This document shows, in pieces, positions 57,539 through 64,000 of a stretch of DNA of 64,000 nt. How positions within the stretch are numbered: the first letter of the stretch is position 1; every line of letters begins with the position of its first letter. The notes below the pieces were generated by a model. It worked only from the letters and a program-made list of their open reading frames with translations, did not search any database and was not told the DNA's origin. Position numbers and translations under genes: made by a program. Source of the DNA: an uncultured virus (IMG/VR IMGVR_UViG_3300020385_000009) (taxonomy: Duplodnaviria > Heunggongvirae > Uroviricota > Caudoviricetes). The stretch is from IMG/VR virus record IMGVR_UViG_3300020385_000009, one strand, 5' to 3'.

Positions 57539-59377
57539 TTATTCTTCAGGCTTAATGTTTTTTTCAGATAAGAGACCATTTTCGTCACCTTCTTTTAAGA
57601 CTTGTTTTTCCTGTTTAATTTTTTGTAAAGATGATTTTAAACCATGATATACTGATTTACTAGATGTACGTCCTTCAGCTGCGATGTCAGCTTTAGTTCC
57701 TTGTTTACCTAATGGATCTCTACTAAAATTAGAATCTTCTGTGCCATAATTTGAAACACTTTGTTTAGGAGGACCAACTGGATTTTCATCGTATCCTGTT
57801 GGTACTTGATTTGGTCCTACACCTTTGTCTCTTTTATTTCCATACAATGAAGCTAAATCGTGAGGTGTACCATATGATTCGCCTGATTCTGATGGGTCAT
57901 TTCCTTCATTTTCAATTTGTGAAACTCTAAAGTTATGCATTGCGTCTTGAACCATTAGATCTTTTTCTTTATTGTATTGATCTGGACTTAAACCAAATAA
58001 ATTTTCATAAACCCAATCACGAGACATTACTTTATTGTCTAACATTGATTGTGCTACATCCATTTTAGCACCATAAAGTTCAGTTTTTTCTTGTTCATAA
58101 ACAATAGATGGAGTAGTTAATTCAAGAGTAAAGTCAACTAATTTTTCATCTGTAAAACCTTGTGAATAAAGGTGTACTAATGCTATTTTAGTTAATTCTG
58201 ATTCTATAATTCTTTGAACACGTTCTACAGTACGAGCAAAACGAACATCCATAGATGCTAATGTAGATTTACCTTCAACACCTTCTTCATATCCTAAGTA
58301 TGGTTTAGGTATTTTAAGAGCAGCCATCATTTTGTTTTTAATGTATTCTATATCGGTAGTTCCATCATAATCTAAACCTTTTGTGGTGTCGATTTTAGTA
58401 GCTGAATCATTTCCTCTAACTGGTACATAAAAGTCTTCAGTCATGTTTTGAACATTAAACTTCATGTTATAATCACCTGTTTGTTGATCAATATGAGGTG
58501 TTTTTTTCATTTTATTGACTGTATCCGCCATAAATTGTTCTACTTGGTCAGGAGGGATAGCACCTACATTTACATAGAATACTCTTTTTTCTGGAGCTCT
58601 CATTATACGATGAATTAACATTGCATCTTCCATCAACATTAATTGTTTAAATACTTTACGAGCAGGTTCAAGATATGAACGTCCATAAGGTAAATAATTA
58701 GAATCTGTTAATAAACGAAAATGGGCAACTTCGTAATTTTCTAACGTAAATTGATCTCGTCTGATTGTGTTGGTAGCACCTGAAGCTAAACCATTAGGGT
58801 CTAATGTGAATTGAACGTATGCTGGGTTTTCAGGATCTGTTCCTTCTTCTCTTACTACTTCATATGTTGATAAAGGTAAAACATTGTAAACACCAAATTT
58901 TTCAGACACTTCTAATTTAAGATAAAAATCACCATACTTACACATGTTTCTAACCCAAGTTGCTAGGTTAAATTCAATGTTAAGTACATCATAAAATAAA
59001 TTATGTAATACTCGTCTTACATTTTCATCTGATGAATTAATATTTAATACATCACCATATTGATTTCTAATTGTAGTTTCATCAGAAATAATGTCTAAGG
59101 CAGCTGCAATAATTGGGTCATGATCCATAGCTTCATAATCACTATAAAGCTGAAGACGCATTGATTGATAATTAAGAGTAGGATTGTATTGTAAAGATGA
59201 ACCCACAGGTTTGTGTAAACGTGTAAATCTATCGTATAATGAGTTAGAGGCCAAATTCCCATATTTTTGAATTTGACCTGAATCCATTATCTTTAATTGT
59301 TTTCCACCAACGTTACGAATTATAACGTCATTTGAAAATAATCTTCTTAATCTTGAAAATAAACTAGTGTCTGCCAT
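57539..59377 (-). CDS. Portal protein (T4 gp20-like)
   Basis: MEDAMLIHRIMRAPEKRVFY, EDFYVP, ALKIPK, DVRFAR. Confidence 0.95.
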   Translation of the reverse strand: MADTSLFSRLRRLFSNDVIIRNVGGKQLKIMDSGQIQKYGNLASNSLYDRFTRLHKPVGSSLQYNPTLNYQSMRLQLYSDYEAMDHDPIIAAALDIISDETTIRNQYGDVLNINSSDENVRRVLHNLFYDVLNIEFNLATWVRNMCKYGDFYLKLEVSEKFGVYNVLPLSTYEVVREEGTDPENPAYVQFTLDPNGLASGATNTIRRDQFTLENYEVAHFRLLTDSNYLPYGRSYLEPARKVFKQLMLMEDAMLIHRIMRAPEKRVFYVNVGAIPPDQVEQFMADTVNKMKKTPHIDQQTGDYNMKFNVQNMTEDFYVPVRGNDSATKIDTTKGLDYDGTTDIEYIKNKMMAALKIPKPYLGYEEGVEGKSTLASMDVRFARTVERVQRIIESELTKIALVHLYSQGFTDEKLVDFTLELTTPSIVYEQEKTELYGAKMDVAQSMLDNKVMSRDWVYENLFGLSPDQYNKEKDLMVQDAMHNFRVSQIENEGNDPSESGESYGTPHDLASLYGNKRDKGVGPNQVPTGYDENPVGPPKQSVSNYGTEDSNFSRDPLGKQGTKADIAAEGRTSSKSVYHGLKSSLQKIKQEKQVLKEGDENGLLSEKNIKPEE

Positions 59378-59400
59378 TTGTTTTTATTTAATAATAAATA

Positions 59401-60990
59401 TTATAGAAGCCAAGTTAGGTCTTCATCTTTCCCATCACCTATATCCATTGACCATCCAGCACCTCTTTTGTTAGTACCACCTGTATAAATAGCAGGAGCG
59501 CTTCGTGACCAATTACCTAATGCAGCTTTTGTAATATCTATTCCTTGTTGTGCAAATTTTAATGCTGTGTCTCTTACGTAACATGATGTAGCTAGAGACA
59601 TTACTAAATCATCATTATATCCTAATTGTGCTTCTGGGCGACCACTTCTCCAAATAAATGTACGAAGTTCTTCCATTGTACGTTTACATTGAATTATAAT
59701 TGACTTTTCTCTCATGTAAGCGTCTAATTTTCCTATTACAAGAGGTCGTGTTTTTAAAGACATTGTAAATCCAGGAACCATTCTGGACTTATCCATTACA
59801 TCATATCCTTTTTGTAAAAATGCTTCTGCTGAGGTGGCTCCATCCCCTTTAGGTGAATAATATAAATTTGGATATCCTCTGTCTATTATTACTTGGATTG
59901 TATTCCAACCTATATTTGCATTTTCAACTACAAGTAATGCATTGTTATATTCTGTAGCTACAGCAATAAGCATATTACCAAATTCTTTTGTACCAATTTG
60001 GGCTTTAAATGTAGCTATTTGTTTACATTCTTCAATGTCTATAATATGAAATGCTGAATAGTCTTTACTGTCACCACGAGCAACATCAGCTATAACCATG
60101 TAATTTCTTGCGTAATCTGGGTATTCCCAAACATGAAAATTACCACCCATTCCTCTTTTTTCTACAGGATCTTTTATAAATGTTTTATCATAATAATTTA
60201 AAAGATCAATATCAATAACTGTATTACCTGAGGTTGTAAAATCGCAATCACATTCTTGGGCTGCCATTCTGTTACCTAATTCAGCTTCTTGTTGGTCTCT
60301 CCATTCTTGATTTCTTTCTGGATGTACTGTCCAAGGTAATCTAATTGTAGTAAAGCCATTTTCGTTATTTTCGGCTTTAACCCACATACGATGGAAAAAG
60401 TTACCAGTACCATTTGGGGTTGATAACACCATAGCACCACCACCCGTTGATAATGTTTGTTGAGATGATGCCCAAATTTCTTCAATACGATTTTCTTCAA
60501 TAAAGGCTGCCTCATCAATAATTAGAAAAGAAATTGCTTCTGATCTACCAGCATCACTTGCTGCTGATACTGCTTTAATTTGAGAACCGTTTTTGAGTCG
60601 GAGTGCTAATTTGTTTTTTTCAACAAAACCAATTTTAAGCCATGATGGTAATTCATCATACATAAATTTTACCTTTGTTACCAAGTTTTTAGCTGTGTCT
60701 TGCTTAGTTGCAATTACAAGTACGTTTGTGTCTCTACTAAATAACATTTTATGTAAAGATTTACCTGCGGCTAATGTTGAAATACCTAACTGTCTAGACT
60801 TTAAAATAATATTTCTATCATTTTTATCTAATACAGATAATGTTTTTTCTTGGAAAGGATACAGATTAAAATTAATTCTACCTCGAGTGGGGTGTTGTAT
60901 CATGCAATATTTCTTCATGAAATATACAGGATCTTGAGCACATTTAATGTACTCTTGTTTTATAATCTGTTTTATGTTTTGTTGGGCCAT
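59401..60990 (-). CDS. terL: Terminase large subunit (T4 gp17-like)
   Basis: KSRQLGIST, IIDEAAF, STPNG, ADVARG, DDLVMS. Confidence 0.96.
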   Translation of the reverse strand: MAQQNIKQIIKQEYIKCAQDPVYFMKKYCMIQHPTRGRINFNLYPFQEKTLSVLDKNDRNIILKSRQLGISTLAAGKSLHKMLFSRDTNVLVIATKQDTAKNLVTKVKFMYDELPSWLKIGFVEKNKLALRLKNGSQIKAVSAASDAGRSEAISFLIIDEAAFIEENRIEEIWASSQQTLSTGGGAMVLSTPNGTGNFFHRMWVKAENNENGFTTIRLPWTVHPERNQEWRDQQEAELGNRMAAQECDCDFTTSGNTVIDIDLLNYYDKTFIKDPVEKRGMGGNFHVWEYPDYARNYMVIADVARGDSKDYSAFHIIDIEECKQIATFKAQIGTKEFGNMLIAVATEYNNALLVVENANIGWNTIQVIIDRGYPNLYYSPKGDGATSAEAFLQKGYDVMDKSRMVPGFTMSLKTRPLVIGKLDAYMREKSIIIQCKRTMEELRTFIWRSGRPEAQLGYNDDLVMSLATSCYVRDTALKFAQQGIDITKAALGNWSRSAPAIYTGGTNKRGAGWSMDIGDGKDEDLTWLL

Positions 60991-61009
60991 ATTACATGAT
61001 ATACATATA

Positions 61010-61543
61010 TTATAAGGAAACTAGAGTATCTTTTATTTGTTTTATACGATCTTTTGTTGGTCCATTTATTTTAACTAAGTTTTTAATTCTAAACTTATTT
61101 TTTTCTATTAATAATGAGATATTTTGATCAATTAGTTTTCTATAATCAGAATTAGTTTCTCTTACCCCATTATCTTCTATGTCTACGCCTTCAGGGCTAA
61201 CATAAAATATATAATCGTATTCATGGAGCATGTTAGAAGCAAAATCACAAAAATGTTGTGCTTCTAAATAATTCATTGATTTAGAACATCTAGCAAATGC
61301 CATTACATCAAGAATTGTTCTATCTGTAATAATTTTTTCTTGCATTAATTCACTTGCTCTTTCAGCTAAAAATACAGATTGTCCTTTAACTGTAGAATCT
61401 GTATTTAAAGGTATACCCATGTCTCTAAGATATTTAGATCGTTCTGTTCTAAAAGTATAATTTTTAAATTCCGGTAATTCTTTTAAAGCGTTTACGAGTG
61501 TTGTTTTACCGACACTCATTGTTCCACATAATCCTATTTTCAT
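61010..61543 (-). CDS. P-loop nucleotide kinase-like protein (AAA_28/NadR-like)
   Basis: GTMSVGKTT, ITDRT, EDNGVRE. Confidence 0.8.
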   Translation of the reverse strand: MKIGLCGTMSVGKTTLVNALKELPEFKNYTFRTERSKYLRDMGIPLNTDSTVKGQSVFLAERASELMQEKIITDRTILDVMAFARCSKSMNYLEAQHFCDFASNMLHEYDYIFYVSPEGVDIEDNGVRETNSDYRKLIDQNISLLIEKNKFRIKNLVKINGPTKDRIKQIKDTLVSL

Positions 61544-61544
61544 A

Positions 61545-61805
61545 TTATAATCTTGCTGTTCCTTTTAATGAAGGATTTTTATACCAAGGTAGACCTGCTC
61601 GTTCTTTTCTCATTTCTTTCCAATCATCTAATGTACATTGAAAACCATGTAAATGATATTCTTTAATCTTTTTTTCTTTGTTAATTAAAGCTGGACCATC
61701 CCAATTGTGTAGTTTAGTAACTCCATCTATTGTAATAACATATGCTATTGTACCGTCCTCTGGTTTAACTAATTTTCTTGCTTCTGCAAATACATTTTTT
61801 GCCAT
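61545..61805 (-). CDS. Hypothetical protein
   Basis: LHNWDGPALI...EYHLHG motif. Confidence 0.65.
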   Translation of the reverse strand: MAKNVFAEARKLVKPEDGTIAYVITIDGVTKLHNWDGPALINKEKKIKEYHLHGFQCTLDDWKEMRKERAGLPWYKNPSLKGTARL

Positions 61806-61808
61806 AAT

Positions 61809-63146
61809 TTAATTATTTAAAATTGATTCAGCAACATAAGTTCCTTGTGCTCCTGATACCGTAATTCCACGTGCTGATAATGCATCACCTACAAAATGTA
61901 CTTCAGGAAACCTAGTTAATGATAAATTATCATAATCAACTAATGGTTCAGGTGACAAATATTTTACTTCAGGCATATAAACACCCCAATCACTTCCTAA
62001 TGTTGGAAATACGCGTTTCATATCTTCAATAAAATCTTCAATGTGTAAAGCATACTCACCAATTGCATCGTATAAAATGTCCATACTGTTTACAACATGA
62101 CATTTAACATAATCGCCTTCTGATGTTTTAGACGGTACTCTACTACTTGGTGAGTAAAATGTTCCTACACCATCATGTTGTAATTTTTCTACTGCTGCTC
62201 TTGACCAATCAAATGGTGTGTCTATACCTTTAATTTCCATTAAAATACCAAAATTAGTCATATCATTTCTAAATGATGGATCTTTTTTAGCATGACCATT
62301 GTAACTTACATCTCCGTAAGTGTGTTCAGCTGCAACGTAAGCTGCATTGTTGTTTGTACAGAATGAACGTAATGATACACCTTTGTCTTCAAATTTCTGA
62401 TATAATTTAAAATCGTAACTTACATCAATTAATTTTTGAAAGTGTTTTTGAGGTGCTTCAAAACGTACACCAATTTGTACTGACTTTGGTTCTGTAGGTA
62501 AGTCATATTGTTCTGCTAATTGTTTACCAAAATCAATTCCTGATTTACCAACACCAAATATTAATTTATCATATTTTAATGATGTAGTGTTTACCCAACG
62601 TAAATCTCCTGGTAATTCAGCACTATCCATTTCTGCTGTGGTAGGATAATATACTTCTTGTTTATTAAAGTTGATATTTGTAACTTTAGTTTCCCATAAG
62701 AATTCAACACCATTGTCTACTAAATGATTATACCAATTTTTACCTATTTCATGTAAGTAATCTGTACCAACATGCCATACTGGAAATAATCTTAAACCAA
62801 AGTGTGGTTTAATAAAGTCAGGTTCTGCTTGTGGATCTGAACATTGTACTTCTTCTGGTTTAGGATGGAAACGTTTAAAGTTGTTTATAACTTCATCAAA
62901 TAATTCCATGGCTTTATCTTCACCACAGTATTTTGACAATTGTCCACCAATTGAAGTATGGTAAGTTAATTTACCATCAGACCAACCACCTGCTCCTAAA
63001 AAGCCTGTCATTACTTCTTCAGGCAATCTATCGTATGGATTTTTACCCATATCGATAATTGTAATTTTACCTTTAAAGTTGTTGTCTACAAGTTTTGTTG
63101 CGGCGTTAACACCTGCTACACCTGCTCCTACTATTACTACATTCAT
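61809..63146 (-). CDS. FAD-dependent oxidoreductase
   Basis: VIVGAGVAG, GAGGWSDGKL, GVRFE, SFCTN, PEVKY, FVGD; start moved to ATG 63146. Confidence 0.88.
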   Translation of the reverse strand: MNVVIVGAGVAGVNAATKLVDNNFKGKITIIDMGKNPYDRLPEEVMTGFLGAGGWSDGKLTYHTSIGGQLSKYCGEDKAMELFDEVINNFKRFHPKPEEVQCSDPQAEPDFIKPHFGLRLFPVWHVGTDYLHEIGKNWYNHLVDNGVEFLWETKVTNINFNKQEVYYPTTAEMDSAELPGDLRWVNTTSLKYDKLIFGVGKSGIDFGKQLAEQYDLPTEPKSVQIGVRFEAPQKHFQKLIDVSYDFKLYQKFEDKGVSLRSFCTNNNAAYVAAEHTYGDVSYNGHAKKDPSFRNDMTNFGILMEIKGIDTPFDWSRAAVEKLQHDGVGTFYSPSSRVPSKTSEGDYVKCHVVNSMDILYDAIGEYALHIEDFIEDMKRVFPTLGSDWGVYMPEVKYLSPEPLVDYDNLSLTRFPEVHFVGDALSARGITVSGAQGTYVAESILNN

Positions 63147-63164
63147 AATGATTATTTTTTTATT

Positions 63165-63194
63165 AATATACGAAAAAAAGTGACCCAATCCAAA
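63165..63194 (-). promoter_or_regulatory. Putative class I promoter overlapping a terminator hairpin
   Basis: TTTGG-N16-TCGTATATT; shares TCGTATATTAATAAAAAA with the 6815 site. Confidence 0.6.
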
Positions 63195-63206
63195 TGATAG
63201 GGCCAC
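63173..63206 (-). terminator. Probable intrinsic terminator
   Basis: GTGGCCC...GGGTCAC stem followed by T7. Confidence 0.6.
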
Positions 63207-63264
63207 AGATCCTGATTTATTTTTAATGTCGTCTGGCTATGAATCAGACTGAATGTTTGTTATT

Positions 63265-63819
63265 TTATTGGTTATCTTTCATGTTTTGATATAAATCAAC
63301 AACATTTACTTCAACATAATCATTATTACTTAAATGTAACACAGTATATTGTGAATCTCTATTATCAGTATCCACTACTTCTAATTCATTACCTTTTGAA
63401 TAATCTTCGGATAAATCCTGATTATCTTTTAGATTTTGATATAAACCAATAACATCTACTTCAACAAAACTACCATTACTTAAACGTAATATAGTATTTC
63501 GTGAATCTACATTGTCAGTTCCTACTACTTTTACTTCTTCATCATCTCCTTGTGATTTTCCTGAAAGTATTCCAACTATTTCTGCTTCTAAATCATCACT
63601 TTCATCACCAAAAAGATATTCTTTTGTGCTAGCTTCTACTTTAGATATTATATTATATATAGATTGATTGTCTAAATTTTGTTTTTCATCAGGAGACATA
63701 TTATTAATTATATCTAGTACTTTTGATTTAACATTATCATAATTAGCGGGTGCCTCGTTTAAAGATTTAATACCTGCTAATTTTTGAAATCGTTCTACTA
63801 ATAAATTATTCTTTTTCAT
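63265..63819 (-). CDS. Candidate internal head protein with a tandem repeat of about 45 aa
   Basis: N-terminal RFQKLAGIK matches the scaffold C-terminus; two VV.TDN.DS..T.L.LSN...VEV.V..LYQN.KDNQ units. Confidence 0.6.
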   Translation of the reverse strand: MKKNNLLVERFQKLAGIKSLNEAPANYDNVKSKVLDIINNMSPDEKQNLDNQSIYNIISKVEASTKEYLFGDESDDLEAEIVGILSGKSQGDDEEVKVVGTDNVDSRNTILRLSNGSFVEVDVIGLYQNLKDNQDLSEDYSKGNELEVVDTDNRDSQYTVLHLSNNDYVEVNVVDLYQNMKDNQ

Positions 63820-63825
63820 TTTGTT

Positions 63826-64000
63826 TTATTTTTTATTTCTCTTTTCTAATGAACGACCACCGAAGTAAGCGCCTATAACAGTAATTAGTACTAATTGAAG
63901 AAGATCTGTCCATTTTGGTTCTACTTCAAATGCAATTGTTCCTGCATCGATAAATATCATAAGAACAGTTGAAACTACCAAAAATATTAACACTAAAGGT
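63826..64000 (-). CDS. 3TM holin-like protein, C-terminal part
   Basis: Hand translation PLVLIFLVVSTVLMIFIDAG...VIGAYFGGRSLEKRNKK. Confidence 0.7.
   Translation of the reverse strand, partial: PLVLIFLVVSTVLMIFIDAGTIAFEVEPKWTDLLQLVLITVIGAYFGGRSLEKRNKK

Noticed and set aside
199..60937. Other plus-strand and nested ORFs in the track (for example 1040, 3459, 8863, 34801, 37742, 41477, 60276)
   Set aside because: They overlap well-supported minus-strand genes and show no recognisable motifs
63147..63206. N-terminal extension of the FAD oxidoreductase given in the ORF track
   Set aside because: It spans a terminator and promoter; the Rossmann motif starts right after ATG 63146. The phoH and thioesterase starts were trimmed for similar reasons
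1..64000. tRNA, rRNA, integrase, transposase, introns or inteins
   Set aside because: None recognised; intergenic gaps are short, and NrdA, terminase, RecA and helicase are of normal length and uninterrupted
1..64000. Stop-codon reassignment
   Set aside because: Long genes are intact in the standard code, and TAA, TAG and TGA all end genes

Overview
A 64 kb AT-rich segment of a large lytic T4-like myovirus, with essentially all genes on the minus strand. A Bacteroidota/Flavobacteriia host is inferred from DUF4494-like and Hc1-like genes, a Bacteroidota-style outer-membrane barrel, few obvious Shine-Dalgarno sites and TTGG-N16-TYGTAYATT promoters. In transcription order (right to left): partial holin; FAD oxidoreductase and P-loop kinase; terminase, portal, core proteins, protease, scaffold and major capsid; phoH; about 20 kb of fibre, decoration and neck genes; sheath, tube, tail chaperone, tape measure and baseplate; a replication block (short PolA-like protein, SSB, RecA, flap exonuclease, helicase, NrdB, NrdA); a 7-deazaguanine cluster (queD, TGT/DpdA-like, nuclease, queC, queE, purine PRTase, folE); a MazG-like pyrophosphatase; and the 5' part of a family B polymerase. 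Most interesting: (1) the deazaguanine cluster with an embedded PRTase and nuclease; (2) a minimal PolA homologue with His at the steric gate, alongside PolB; (3) a fibre gene built from modules bounded by 11 in-frame 29-nt repeats and coupled to an Rmt2/GAMT-type methyltransferase; (4) a probable +1/-2 frameshift in the tail chaperone; (5) twin CCUAAU-loop hairpins in the scaffold/capsid leader; (6) two promoter classes. All family calls come from motif recognition by eye; no searches were run.
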